Counted from the first letter of the stretch, positions 26,891 to 41,698 are shown. The stretch: DNA of 64,000 bases from Eledone cirrhosa (GCA_964016885.1 OZ024761.1:17484001-17548000), one strand, 5' to 3'. A program made the numbers and translations. Notes: generated by a model from the sequence alone, not told the origin.

Positions 26891-27784
26891 CAGTCCTAAA
26901 TAAATGAGGTTGTGTAGGTGTCACGACAAAAAAAAACAGTCCACGCTGTAATGTGGCCGTGTAGGTAACACGATAAAAACCTCCCAGTCCACACTGTAAA
27001 CGTGGTTGGTGTTAGGAAGGGCATCCAGCCGTAGAAAACCCGCCAGACAGTTCCATACGAGCATGACAACCAATCTTGCCTCACGTGGGACAATTCCCAT
27101 CCAAACCCATGCTAGCGTGGAAGACAGACGTTAAACGATGATGATGATGATGATATATCAACATCATCATCATTTTACGTCTGCTTTTCCCTGCTTGCAA
27201 GGGTTGGACATATATATATAAATTTTTATAGTGAAATAGAGCTTCCGCTGTATTTTTGACTAAGTAAATTAACCTAATAGTTAGAGTTATTATATTGCAT
27301 CCTTTAAAACCCTCATGCTTCCCGAATTTCGCCAAAACTACACCTGATGTACCCCTTCCATACACATGCACACATGTGTATATCATGACTCATACACTGT
27401 TCATTTTCCTGACGTTTGTACATTATCCTATGTACTATACATACACTTTTTGATGAGTTGTAGTGCACCTGAGCACTGTACACAATATTTCATTATTATT
27501 ATTATTATTATTATTATAAAAAGCCACAGAATGGAAAAAGGATGAGTATTGACGTACAATGGACACCAACTCACATCTTTTGCTATCATGACCACTGTGT
27601 TAACCATTACACTAATTTACTTAGTCAAAAATACGGCGGAAGCTCCATTTCACTATCTAATTTTCAAAACAACACTAAGCTCTGTATCTTATATATATAT
27701 AAACAGTAAGTGTGTTCTATTATTATTTCTGGCAATATTATAACAATATGACCCTCCCCAAATATAACAATATATATATAATTT

Positions 27785-28448
27785 ACAGTGTGGACTGGAT
27801 CCTTTTTGTCATGGCACCAACACGACCACTTTACAGTGTGTACTAGATGCTTTTTGTTGTGTCACCAACACGACCACTTTACAGTGTGGACTGGATCCTT
27901 TTTGTCATGGCACCAACACGACCACTTTACAGTGTGTACTGGATGCTTTTTGTTGTGTCACCAACACGACCACTTTACAGTGTACTGGATGCTTTTTGTT
28001 GTGTCACCAACACGACCACTTTACAGTGTGGACTGGATGCTTTTTTGTTGTCACCAACACGACCACTTTACAGTGTGTACTGGATGCTTTTTGTTGTCAC
28101 CAACACGACCACTTTACAGTGTGTACTGGATGCTTTTTGTTGTGTTACCAACACGACCACTTTACAGTGTACTGGATGCTTTTTGTTGTCACCAACACGA
28201 CCACTTTACAGTGTGGACTGGGTGCTTTTTGTTGTGTCACCAACACGACCACTTTACAGTGTGTACTGGATGCTTTTTGTTGTGTCACCAACACGACCAC
28301 TTTACAGTGTACTGGATGCTTTTTGTTGTCACCAACACGACCACTTTACAGTGTACTGGATGCTTTTTGTTGTGTCACCAACACGACCACTTTACAGTGT
28401 ACTGGGTGCTTTTTGTTGTGTCACCTACACAACCACTTTACAGTGTGA
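27785..28448. repeat. Minisatellite, about 45-51-bp units derived from the SINE internal module
   Basis: CACCAACACGACCACTTTACAGTGTG(TA/GA)CTGGATGCTTTTTGTTG(TG)T repeated about 13 times. Confidence 0.92.
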
Positions 28449-28464
28449 ACTGGTATTCACTTAC

Positions 28465-28520
28465 CTGGGGGATTTCTTGTTAGTCGCCTTAATTATCAGC
28501 GATGCACTCGCTTCGTCCGT
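28465..28520 (-). CDS. TMEM134: TMEM134 exon 2 (TDEASASLIIKATNKKSP)
   Basis: TTTTCTCCAG| acceptor, AG|GTAAGT donor, phase 0/2. Confidence 0.82.
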
Positions 28521-28607
28521 CTGGAGAAAAATCATATGAAATATTTTTTTGTGAATTAATGGAAGACTTTCTGATCATCATGTAATGTAGATATATCATT
28601 TTGATAG

Positions 28608-28638
<31 letters not shown>

Positions 28639-29220
28639 GGTTGTGTGATGATGGCAGTACTTGAGGTGGTAGTGGTTGTGGTGATGGTGATGATGAAGAA
28701 AAGGATGAGGATGATAATGAGGATAATAATAATGGTGATGGTGATTGTAATGACAGTAGTGAAAAGATGAGACATATTAGAAAGTGTAGTCCTAGATATA
28801 CTATATCGGAATAAAAGTTGGGATGTTCATGGTTGGGACATTTTTGATCATAGGTCTACTACAGATGTTCTGAAAGTGGGCGCTACTCCCTTGCCTGGAA
28901 GGGAGGGGATTGGGGGATTGAGAAGGTCCAAGGAGGGGGCGGTATTTAGAGATGATATAATAGTATATCAAATATCAATTGATACATATATATAAATATA
29001 GTAGAATACAAATATGTAATATTTATTTATACATAGTTTATATTATATTAATAATTATATATTATTTACAATTTGCAGGGTAGCTGTGAGAGGGGTGGCC
29101 CCAAAAGTTTGAGATAGGTCTACTATATCTGGTCAGGCCCTGGGCTAAAGAAACAGTAAAAATGACAACAACAAATTGTAAATGTGAAACATAAAACAAA
29201 AAAAAACAAATTATGCTCAC

Positions 29221-29688
29221 TTCTTGAGGGGTGGCCACGCTACTCGTCGTTGCAGCAAGTCCAGGGGCTGAAGTCGTTGTCAAACCAGTGACCCCTACAA
29301 CACATGGGCCTCCACTGTTGGTAGGGGTGGCACAGGGTGTACCGCCACCACCCACCGAGCCCACGGACGGCGGGTCGGCAATTTCGGCCGTGGTCGGCAC
29401 AGAAGATGCTATAGATACGGAGGAAGAGCTGATTGTGTCCGAGCCCTGGCGTCTTGGGAGCGAGTGTTTGCGACGCAGGGACTGTGGGGAGTGCCGCTGT
29501 ATGGGCGATGTCGCCTTCGTCGACCCGTACACCCGGATCTTTTCATCGTCATCAGACTCGAAAGCATCGTCGATGGAGAAAGAGCCACTGGCCATCACTG
29601 TTGACTCGAGGTTGGAAGGTCTGTTGTCATGAACATCACTCGGTCTGGTTGTTGTTGTTGTTGTTGCTGCTGCTGCTGCCGTTGTCAT
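29221..29688 (-). CDS. TMEM134: TMEM134 first coding exon (start at 29688 or at the second Met, 29595)
   Basis: Contains FSIDDAFE, the conserved TMEM134 N-terminal motif; acceptor TTGGCAG| at 29702/29701; donor GAA|GTGAGC at 29221/29220. Confidence 0.9.
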
Positions 29689-30069
29689 TTAAACATCCTC
29701 ACTGCCAATGAAAAGTATGACAAAAGAAAAAAAATTAACTATATATTATTTATATTTACATAAATCATTATTATCATCATCATCATCATTTGTTTTCTTT
29801 ATTAGTTAGGGCTGGGCAGCATGTGTGAGTGTGTTGTGTGTGTGTACATATATATATATATATATATATACACATTTATAGAGAGAAATATGTAAAATCC
29901 TAACCGTGGCACCAAGCAATTTCGGCTTCAAGCCTTTTAAAAGTTGTAATATTTAGTAATATTTATAGGATGTGAAAATATATGTCACTGGTCTTGAGTA
30001 TTCCCATGATCAGTGGTCTCCTCAGTCTCAGCACTGCAGATTCTCTCTCTCTCTCTCTGTATATATATA

Positions 30070-30582
30070 TGGGGTTCACCTGAAAAGTTCATAGGCTGAC
30101 CAAGATACTCTCATGGAATGACCAGACGAGGTTTATTTTTAAAGATATTCCCAGGAAAGACACAATGCATAAGGAAGGAGAGTCTTTGGAGTAATGCTGC
30201 TCGATAGATTGTGTAGCTCAGAGATAGGGGTCACTCCAGGTAGAGCTGTTACTGCTCCGATACTCTGGGCATGTGTTTAGAATGTCTCAGGAAAGAATCG
30301 CTAGACAGATTTTACGGGCAAAAGCAACCGGCAGGACCCAGGGGTCGACCCCGAGCAAGATGGTTGGATAACATCCATGTGCTGGGCTGGGCTGGTCTCT
30401 CCGAAGGATACAGTTGGAGACGGTTGCTTCTGACAGGACCCGCTGGAAGGAGTGTTTGACGACCCTCCCAGGAATAAGTGGGCAAAGAAGAAAAAGAAGG
30501 GTTGAAATTAATGTATGTAAGATTTCATAGCTTTAGCATCACTCCTTCATAGTCAGCCTATGAACTTTTCAGTCAACACTCA
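30070..30582. mobile_element. mariner-like MITE interrupted by an RTE 3' fragment (about 30170-30490)
   Basis: Inverted ends CTGAAAAGTTCATAGGCTGAC / GTCAGCCTATGAACTTTTCAG; uninterrupted copy at 56040-56215; insert reads PRGRPRARWLDNI, as does 54750-55210. Confidence 0.7.
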
Positions 30583-30849
30583 TGTTTATTTATATATTCC
30601 AGGGGTCCAGGTAAATATTCTTTTGTTTGACCTGTTTGGCTGAGGTGGCTGATGACTTCTTGGCCGCCATTTTCAGTGTGTTTGGCCTCTATAACCTATG
30701 TTTATTGCTCTGGTCTTTTTTTAGTCCATGGAGCGCTTGCCGCTTAACTCGGATATTGCATTTCGCTTTGTTTTCAACCACTGTCGAAATTCGATCTCGC
30801 TGAAATTATATTTATATATATATGAATATATATGACATGCATATCATCA

Positions 30850-31950
30850 TTTTACATCCATTTTGCCATGCTTGCATGGGCTGATTCAACAGCTTCCTTT
30901 CAGACGTGTTCCTTCACCTCCTCTGTGAGGTGAGGTTCAGCAATCAGAGTTCAACTCATACTACTTCTGCCCATCTTTCTCTTCTGGATCTTCCTCCCAC
31001 TGGGATCTCCTGGGATTTCTTCATCCCATGATTCTCATCCCTACACAATTAAAGGTCCTTACCAGTGCACTCATCACCCTTTCTTACTGCATCTGATTCC
31101 TCTTATGGCTAGTCTTTCCCTCAGCTCGTTGCATTGTTCATGTACATTAATTAATTCTACACATTCATCAAAGCATTCTACCACCTTTTCTCTCCAACCT
31201 CTACATATTCCTTGCGTACACTGCTCATGTTTCCTAACCATGCAACATTGCACTTCACACACAGACATCATTCAATTTACCCTTTGCTTGGAAAGAAAAT
31301 TGTTTTGTTGTCAACAAAGGTAGTAGTTCCCTAAACTTTTTCCATCTTGTTCTTCTTATTCTGGTTTATACCTTTAGAGCAACCTCTTCCAGTGTTAACC
31401 TGTTGACTGCCGTGTATATTTTACACCTACAGTTGCTGTGCCAGTTTTTTTCAGTAAAATGACTATTTTTTTTAAATAAACATTTATTAACAACACATAT
31501 CTGAATGATTGACAAATGTCACATCAATAAACTAGTAACCCCGTCTAGCTTTGAAGTTATGAACTGTTAGAAAGGAGTTCATAACTTTGGTGTTATGACT
31601 GTTGCAAAAGTGTTCAAACATGTTAGTATGAGTTATCTTGTCTGTGGCACGAATACATACATGTTAGGACGAGTTATCTTGTCTATGGCACTGAAGAGGT
31701 TAATTAGGTCACCTAGGTAACAGAAGCTATCAACTACTTCTATGGAATCTTCGTGAGATTGGAAACTGTTTATTTCATTGATACCCTTATAATCAACTAT
31801 TCCTGTGCACATACCACATATTCCTGTGCATATACCACATAGATAGCTGTCCCTTTCTGTTAGCCCACCTGCAATCCCACAACACCCTTTGCACATGTCA
31901 CATACATAGACAACCCTTTCTGTCAGCCTGCCTGCAATCCTATGACACCT
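30850..31950 (-). mobile_element. RTE LINE 3' fragment split by a piggyBac-type MITE
   Basis: EVVDSFCYLGDLIN (31.7 kb) continues as TGRGCSKGI...RWKKFRELLPLL (31.39 kb). Confidence 0.8.
31399..31699. mobile_element. piggyBac-type MITE
   Basis: TTAA duplicated at 31395-31398 and 31700-31703; imperfect TIRs CCTGTTGACTGCC / GGCACTGAAGAGG. Confidence 0.75.
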
Positions 31951-32119
31951 CATATCATCATCATCACCATTTAACACCCATTTTCCATGTTAGCGTAGGT
32001 TAGGCGAGTTGTCCCATTGTGAGACAAATCAGGTCAGATGACCGTATCTTGCTCATACAGAACTGTTTCTGGCTTGGTGTCTATGGCTGGATGCCTTTCC
32101 TCACACCATCCATATTTTA

Positions 32120-32460
32120 CATTGAGTACATTCCTACATGTTGCATGGTAATGATACATGTACAGTGAATGTAGAAGATATACAAAGGCTGGAATGAAAT
32201 GAATCCACCATGCTCCACTGGATGTGCAACAATAGTAGCGTGCTTGGATGACGAAGTAGAGATGAGTTGAGAGAAAAACTGGGTATAAGACGAAACAAAT
32301 ATGATGTGCAGAAGAGAAGATTGCATTGGTATTGACATGTAATGGTGTATGTAGGATGATCGTTGGGTAAAGAGATCACAGGAGTTCCAAGTGGAAGGAG
32401 GCGGCAGTTGAGGAAGACCAAGGAAGACTTGGACAGAAGTTGTGAGAGTTGATATCAACA
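32120..32460 (+). mobile_element. RTE LINE 3' fragment
   Basis: Decayed MLHWMC...RLHWY...RPRKTWTEVV motifs. Confidence 0.7.
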
Positions 32461-32805
32461 TAGTAAATCTCATAAAGGAAAGAGGCAAGGAGTGGGACTC
32501 ATGGAAAAATGGATATAAAATTGATGAGGATGCTTACACACAAACACAACAACACAACCAAACACATAACCACAAACACACACACAAACATCACATTCAT
32601 AACCACACACACACACAAATATATAAATAAACGTATGTGTGAAGTAATATGATTTGATTTTAACATCCATTTTTTTCCCTGCAGACATGGATGGGTGTAT
32701 ATGTCAGCATGTATGTATATGTAATAGTGGTAGACAAATAAACAGGCATATGTGTATGTATATATTTCTTTTCTGTGTATATCATAAAATATACATGTGT
32801 ATGTG

Positions 32806-32837
<32 letters not shown>

Positions 32838-33619
32838 ACAAAGAAAGTGTGGTAAGATACCATACCAGGTGGACCATAACACACCAGGCGAACTGGCCTG
32901 TAGAACAAAGGGGAGTGAGTAAGATGATGGTCTGGCCTGTGCCAAGCACTTTCTGGCCATATTTGGGACCTCCAAGACAACAATATTACCCATCATCTAA
33001 GTTGGAGCATACTTTCCAAGGCAAAATCTTACTCGGGAGGATACCGTCTGTGCAATTTATGCTCAGAGGAAACGATCCAGATGCTGTTTGTAAAGGACCG
33101 ATGGTTAAACAAAAAGGATGAACTTGTTATCTCGTGTAAACACAGAATATACAGGACATATCTTACCTTCAAACACCCTCACAACCTGAGTGGGGGGGGG
33201 GCCTTGGCTGTATATCCTTTCTAATTACAAACTAAGATAGAGGAAACCCCAAGCATACTTAGGTAGCAATAGAATTTCTTCTTCATTAGTTACACACTCT
33301 AATTACACTTAGGTTGATCTTTGCATATCTACACTATTATAAACAGTTCCTAATCTTCCTTAGGTTATCCCGGAATATGTTCACCCTTGTTAAATTTACA
33401 TAGAACCGGCTGAACACATAGCTATGTCTTTTTAGGGTGTATCATTATAAAAGAAAATACTAGTAAATTACTGTAGTGAGGTGCCCTTCCTGTGCATTAG
33501 AGTAATTGATAATTAAATTTCCTTATTAGGAACAGAATTAGTATTGACATCTATATGCTTTGCTCTTTAACTGTCAGATTTGGCATATTTACTTACACTC
33601 TCTAACAACCTTCCTTGAT

Positions 33620-33950
33620 TCTTAGTGGTTAGAGCATTGGCCTTGCAATCGAAAGGTTGTGAGTTCAATTCTCAGACCGGGTGATGTGTTGTTTCCTTGA
33701 GCAAGACACTTTATTTCACATTGCTCCAGTTTACTCAGCTGTAGAAATGAGATGATAGGGGCTGGGGTCCCTATCATTCCACTGCAAAGTGGTCGTGTAG
33801 GCGCCACGGCAGAAAAGCACCCAGCACTCACTGTAAATGAGGTTGGTGTTAGGAAGGGCATCCAGCTGTAGAAATCAAGCCAGAATCTGTTCCCGTCCCA
33901 CCCTTGCAAGCAGGGAAAAGCGGACGTAAAATGATGATGATGATGATGAT
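33620..33950 (+). mobile_element. Near full-length tRNA-derived SINE with RTE-like tail
   Basis: CTTAGTGGTTAGAGC...GAGTTCAATTC head, 48-bp module, GGAAGGGCATCCAGC and (GAT)n tail. Confidence 0.8.
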
Positions 33951-34619
33951 ACACACTTAAGACAATGTCATTGGACCGAGATCTTTGGTGTTACGCAGTA
34001 ATACAGAAGACCCGCCATGCCTATGTACAAAATGAAACCTACAGTCAGTAGGCACCTCTTAACCAAATATACACCCCAATCCACTACCCCTACCCTATCC
34101 TCCCGCTCCCACCAACACCACCCTCTCTCTGTAAAATTGGTACCACAACATCCAGTCCAAATAAATGAGATAATGAGATCGAGATCGTGTAGGTGTCACG
34201 AGAAAAAAAAACACACAGTCCACGCTGTAATGTGGCCATGTAGGTAACACGGTAAAAAGTTCCCAGTTCCACACTGTAAATGTGGTTGGTGTTAGGAAGG
34301 GCATCCAGCCATAGAAAACCTGCCAGATAGTCCTATATGAGCGAGACACGGTCACCCGACCAACCTTGCCTCAAGTGGAACAACTCCCGTCTAACCCATG
34401 CTAGCGTGGAAGATGGACGTTAAACGATGATGATATATATGGGAAGATAGATATGTGGATAAAGAAATTCATAGATTAAAAGACAGATAACATGATAGAT
34501 ATAGATAAATAGATAGATAGGTAAGAAGACAGATAGATTGGTAGATAGATAGATAATAAAATAGCTGTTACCAGACGAGGATGTTGTGAGATAGTAAGTG
34601 TAAATTCCCCAGCACAATA

Positions 34620-36785
34620 CCACTGACAACACACTACACTATAATAAACCACACTACAGTACACTATACAACACCATACCACACTATAATAATCTACAGT
34701 ACACTATACAACGCCACACTACACTATAATATACCACACTGCACTGCACTACACAACACCACACTACAATACATTACACAACACCACACTACACTATAAT
34801 AAACCACACTGCACTGTACTACACAACACCACACTACAATACACTACACAACACCACACTACACTATAATAAACCACACTGCACTGTACTACACAACACC
34901 ACACTACAATACACTATACAACACCACATTACACTATAATAAACTGCACTGCACTACACAACACACTACAATACACTACACAACACCACACTACACTATA
35001 ATAAACCACACTGCACTGCACTACATCACACCACACAACAGTACACTATACAACACCACACTACACTATAATAAACCACACTGCACTGCACTACACAACA
35101 CCACACTACAATACACTATACAACACCACACTACACTATAATAAACTGCACTACACAACACCACACTACAATGCACTATACAACACCACACTACACTATA
35201 ATAAACTGCACTACACAACACCACACTACAATACACTATACAACACCACACTACACTATAATAAACCACACTGCACTACACTACACCACACTACAATACA
35301 CTACACAACACCACACTACACTATAATAAACCACACTACACTACAATACACTACACAACACCACACTACACTATAATAAACCACTACACAACACCACACT
35401 ACACTATAATAAACCACACTGCACTACACTACACCACACAACAGTACACAACACCACACTACACTATAATAAACCACACCGCACTACACAACACCACACT
35501 ACAATACACTACACAACACCACACTACACTATAATAAACCACACTGCACTACACAACACCACACTACAATACACTACACAATAACCCATGCTAGCGTGGA
35601 AGATGGACGTGAAACGAAGATGGTGAATACCACAATAAATCACACTGCACTGCACTACATCACACCACACTACACTATAATAAACCACACTGCACTGCAC
35701 TACATCACACCACACAACAGTAACTATACAACACCACACTACACTATAATAAACTGCACTGCACTACATCACACAACAGTACACTATACAACACCACACT
35801 ATAATAAACCACACTGCACTACATCACACCACACAACAGTACACTATACAACACCACACTTCACTATAATAAACCACACTGCACTGCATCACACAACAGT
35901 ACACTATACAACACCACACTACACTATAATATACCACACTGCACTACATCACATCACACAACAGTACACTATACAACACCACACTACACTATAATAAACC
36001 ACACTGCACTACATCACACCACACAACAGTACACTATACAACACCATACCACACTATAATAATCTACAGTACACTATACAACACCACACTACACTATAAT
36101 AAACCACACTGCACTACATCACATCACACAACAGTACACTATACAACACCACACTACACTATAATAAACCACACTGCACTACATCACATCACACAACAGT
36201 ACACTATACAACACCACACTACACTATAATAAACCACACTGCACTGCACTACATCACACCACACAACAGTACACTATACAACACCACACTACACTATAAT
36301 AAACCACACTGCACTGCACTACATCACACCACACAACAGTACACTATACAACACCACACTACACTATAATAAACCACACTGCACTGCACTACATCACACA
36401 ACAGTACACTATACAATACCACACTGCACAACATCACTCTAGACTGTAATACAGTACATGATGCTGCACTACATTATACCTCACTAAACTAAACCACATC
36501 CCATTACACTACACATCACTATGCCACAGCATACTACACAACACTAGACTATATTTCACTACAGCACACTACACTACACTATATTTTACTATATCTCATC
36601 CCACCAAACCACAGTACTATATAACCCTATACACACCACCACTCTACACTATACTACACCACACATTATACTATACTACACTACACAACATTATATTATA
36701 CTACACCACACTATACCATACTATACTACACAACACTACACTATACTACTCTACACAACACTATACTACACTAGACCATAGTACA
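34620..36785. repeat. Complex pentamer-based (CACTA/CACAA) microsatellite with higher-order periodicity
   Basis: ACAACACCACACTACACTATAATAAACCACACTGCACT recurs many times. Confidence 0.9.
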
Positions 36786-37038
36786 GTGTGCTATCGTACA
36801 TACAATGTAATATAGTTATTGTATAATATAGTTACAGTAACGGTATAAACGTGGTGACTGTGCAATTATTTGATGCAGTATTATACAAATAGCAGCATCA
36901 CTGTACACCAATATCTCTGCATTCAACATCTTCATCAACAGCAACAACATCGTCAGCAGCTTCACCATCAATATCAACATGATTTAACAGACATTTTCTC
37001 TCCTTGCAAGGGTTGGACACATACGCAATCACACACAA

Positions 37039-37090
<52 letters not shown>

Positions 37091-37178
37091 GTATATGTAT
37101 GTGTGTGTGTATATGTATGTATATATGTATATATATACATATATAAATATATATATATATACACACACACACATGCAC

Positions 37179-37211
<33 letters not shown>

Positions 37212-37278
37212 AAATCATTAATGTTTTTTTCTCTGCTAGCAAATGTTGGACATATATAAATAGATATACATTTATGTT

Positions 37279-37309
<31 letters not shown>

Positions 37310-37849
37310 TTCAATCCAGGGCCTTTTCACTCCTACTGGAGGTACCCCTCCCTAATTGACCTCCACCATTTTCTGCTTTGGGTTTTGGTCATGTCAAGGG
37401 TGTAGCCTCCCTCTCTCTCTTTCTTCACCCTCTCCCTCCTTCCTCTCTCTATGTCTTGCTTAACTGTAGCTTGCCTCTCTTCCTCACCTCCCTCTCTCTC
37501 TCTCTCTCTCTCTCTTCAGCCCTCCCTCTCTCTTTCTTCACCCCTCCCCCCTCTCTCTCTAGGTCTTACTTAACTGTAGCTTGCCTCTCTTCCTCAACCC
37601 CCCTCTCTCTCCCCCTCTCTCTTCATCCTTCTATATTTCTCTCTCTCTCCTTCATCATTCTCAATCTCTGTTTCTCCACTCTCCTTTAGTTCCTCTCTCA
37701 ACCACACTACCTCTTTCTCTCCCACTCCATCTCTCTCTCCCCCCTCTCTCTCTCTCTCCCCTCTCTATCTCTCCCCCTCTCTATCTCTCTCTCTCTCTCT
37801 CTTCCATTTCCCTTCTCATTTTCTGTGCCTTAAATATTTTATAGTGATG

Positions 37850-40235
37850 CTTGATGGTGGTGGTGGTAGTGGTGTTGGTGTCAGTGGTGTTGGTGGTGGT
37901 AGTGGTGTTGGTGTCAGTGGTGTTGGTGTCAGTGGTGGTGGTAGTGGTGTTGGTGTCAGTGGTGTTGGTGGTGTCAGTGGTGTTGATGTTGGTTGTGGTG
38001 GTGATGGTGATGGTGTTTATGGTGTGTTGTTGTTGGTGGTGATTGTGATGGTGTTTATGGTGTTGTTGGTAGTGTTGATGGTGTTGAAGTTGGTTGTGTT
38101 GGTGGTGGTGGTGATGTTGTGAAGGTGTTGGTAGTGGTGGTGATGTTGGTTGCAGTGGTATTGGTGATGTTAGTGTTGTTGGTAGCCATGTTATGATGTG
38201 AAGTGTGCTGTGACTGTTGTTATAGTGACAAGGGGTGTGGTATAACAGGTGTTGTTGTGACTTGTAAAGTGTTGGTGTGATAGTGTGGTGTGGTTGTTGT
38301 GACAGTGTGGTGTGATACTGGGCATGATGTGACTGTTGTAACATGGTGTACAGTGTGACAAGGCATGGTGTACAGTGTGACGCAAATCATGTGACATTGT
38401 GTACAGTGTGATACAAGCATGATGCAATTGTTGTAACTTGTGACGTGGTGTGTGGTGTAACACAAGGCATGGTGTGACTTGTAACTGTTGTGACATAGTG
38501 TAGGGTGTGACACATGGCCTGATGTGACATGGTGTGTTGTGTAACACAAGGCATGATGTGACACAAGGTATGGTGTGACTGTTGTAACTATTGTGACATA
38601 GTGTAGGATGTGGCACATGGCATAGTGTGACTGTTGTGACTTGTAACATAGTGTACAGTGTGACACAAGGCATGATGTGACTGTTGTTGTATCTGTTGTA
38701 ACATGGTGTACAGTGTGACACAAGGCATGATGTGACTGATGCTTGTGAAAGTCTGCACATGTTAGAGTCTGGTTTATTTCTGTACTCTCACACTGCACTC
38801 TCTGTCATACATTGGCAAATTATTATTATTATTTGGGTGGGTGGGGGTTGCAGTGTGACAGACTGGACATGTGACAGTCTGGATATGTGACTGCCTGCAA
38901 ATATAACAGGTTGGACATTTGGCAATCTGGACATGTGACAGGTATGTCATGTGATAATCTGGGTATGTGACAGACTGGAAATATAATAATCTGACAGTTT
39001 GTACATTTGACAATCCAGGTATCTGACAGTATGGACATGTGATAATCTGGACATATGACAATCTGGACATGTGACTGTCTGGACAATTGATAGACTGGAC
39101 TTGTGACATGTTGGACATGTTGCACTCTTTTCACTGGACATTTGACTATCTGGACATGTGACATGTTGGACATGCAGGTGTTAATTGTATATGATGCAGT
39201 GTGACAGTCTTGGTATATTGGATACTGTCCACTGTCCAGTTTATTTCTGTTCACTTTCCTGTAGATTCTGGAGGAGGTGGGGGTCACAGTAGGGGTGGGA
39301 AAGGTGGATTTGGTTGATTGACCATGTAGAAACATTCTTGTTAGATCAGCTACCAGTGTTGTGTAGATGGTGGTGGTATTGTTGTTTGTGTTGTGTAGAT
39401 AGTGGTGTTGGTGGTGTTGTGTAGATAGTGGTCTTGGTGGTGGTGGTAGTGTTGGTATTGGGGTTTATAGTGATGGTGTTGATGTTGGTGGTGGTAGTGT
39501 TGGTGTTGTTGTTGGTGGTGGTGCTGGTAGTGATGGTGCTGTTGGAAGTTGTGGTTAAAGTTGGTAGAGACAGTATTGGTGGTAGAGGCAGTAGTGGTGG
39601 TGTAGGTATTAGTAGTGGTATTGGTGGTAGTAGTGGTGTAGGTATTAGCAGTGGTATTGGTGGTAGTGTTGGTGTGGTAGAGACTAGTGGTGGTGTAGTG
39701 GTATTGGTGGTAGTGTTGGTGTGGTAGAGGCAGTAGTGGTGGTGTAGGTATTAGTAGTGGTATTGGTGGTGTTGGTGTGGTAGAGACAGTAGTGGTGGTA
39801 TAGGTATGAGTAGTGGTATTGGTGGTAGTGTTGGTGTGGTAGAGACAGTAGTGGTGGTGTAGGTATTAGTAGTGGTATTGGTGGTAGTGTTGGTATAGGT
39901 GTTAGTGTTGGTGTGGTAGAGACAGTAGTCGTAGTAGTGTTGGTGTGGTAGAGACAGTAGTGGTAGTAGTGTTGGTGTGGTAGAGGCAGTAGTGGTGGTA
40001 ATGTTGGTGTGGTAGAGACAGTAGTGGTAGTAGTGTTGGTGTGGTAGAGGCAGTAGTGGTGGTAGTGTTGGTGTGGTAGAGACAGTAGTGGTAGTAGTGT
40101 TGGTGTGGTAGAGGCAGTAGTGGTGGTAGTGTTGGTGTGGTAGAGACAGTAGTGGTAGTAGTGTTGGTGTGGTAGAGGCAGTAGTGGTGGTATAGGTGTT
40201 AGTGGTGGTGTGGTAGAGACAGTAGTGGTGGCAGT
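37850..40235. repeat. GT-rich low-complexity and minisatellite block ((GGT)n, TGTGAC-based repeats, about 32-35-bp GTGGTAGAGACAGTAGT unit)
   Basis: Directly visible. Confidence 0.85.
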
Positions 40236-40311
40236 AATTGGAAGATAAAAATTATCAGTCAGTGTATATCAGGTTTGAATCAGACATCACTTATTTAAAT
40301 ATTGCTTCCTA

Positions 40312-40374
<63 letters not shown>

Positions 40375-40585
40375 CACACGCACACGCACAGATCACATCG
40401 CATCACACAAACACACACACCACACCACACATATATTATCCACCTTAATAACACATACATCGCACTGACACACACTCATATATATATATATATATATGAT
40501 ATATGTGTGTATATATATATATATTATATATATTACATATATATAAGATATATATCGTATATATATATTATATATATATATATTG

Positions 40586-40621
<36 letters not shown>

Positions 40622-40673
40622 ATATATTATATACGATATTAATAAATGGAAACTATATTTATAAAACCATATT

Positions 40674-40738
40674 TATTTCATTAAACATATTTCAGGTATA
40701 CCAAATTAAAATATGGTATGCCTTCATCAGACAAAATA
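40674..40738 (-). ncRNA. Minimal type I hammerhead ribozyme within a palindromic element (40630-40915)
   Basis: Stem I TATTTTGT/ATGAAATA; CTGATGA; stem II AGGCATACCA/TGGTATACCT; GAAA-TATGTT-TA (one stem III mismatch); partial inverted copy and TACTCC..GAGTGC tail follow. Confidence 0.7.
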
Positions 40739-41331
40739 CAATATATTTAATTTGGTATCCCTGAAATATGTATAATGAAATAAATATGGTTTTATAAATA
40801 TAGTTTCCATTTATTAATATCGTATATCTACTCCAAAAACTTGTCGAGTGCTTTATATCAGTTATAAAATATTTACTTGTTGTATCCCAACAATTTTAAA
40901 TAGAACTTTTGCATATATATTATATATATATATTATATATATATATTATATATATATATTGTATATATATATTATATATATATATTGTATATATATATAT
41001 ATTATATATATTGTATATATATATATATTATATATATTGTATATATATATATATTATATATATTGTATATATATATATATATTATATATATATATTGTAT
41101 ATATATATATATTATATATATTATATATATATATTGTATATATATATATATTATATATATTATATATATATATTATATATATATATTGTATATATATATT
41201 ATATATATATATTGTATATATATATATATTATATATATTGTATATATATATATATTATATATATTGTATATATATATATATTATATATATTGTATATATA
41301 TATATATATTATATATATATATTGTATATAT

Positions 41332-41370
<39 letters not shown>

Positions 41371-41653
41371 TCATCATCATTTAACGTCCATCTTTCCACG
41401 CTTGCATTGTATATATATATATACCGTAGGCGTGTGGCTGAATGGTTAGATAATTGGATTCGCAATCGTGAGGTTGTGAGTTCGATTCCTGGACCAGGCG
41501 ATGCGTTATGTCCTTGAGCAAGACACTTTATTTCACGTTGCTCCTTCTGCCTGGATTTGCGACCGATAGATAGTATTAGCAATTGGAAAGACCAACGGAA
41601 ACATCGTTTCCTCGGACCGATTTGACGAAAGTCGGTCGTTCCTTAAAAAAATA

Positions 41654-41698
<45 letters not shown>

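Noticed and set aside
38829-39335. 168-aa Cys/His-rich ORF
   Set aside because: Built from decayed TGTGAC/GGACAT repeats; no convincing splice sites or domain motif.
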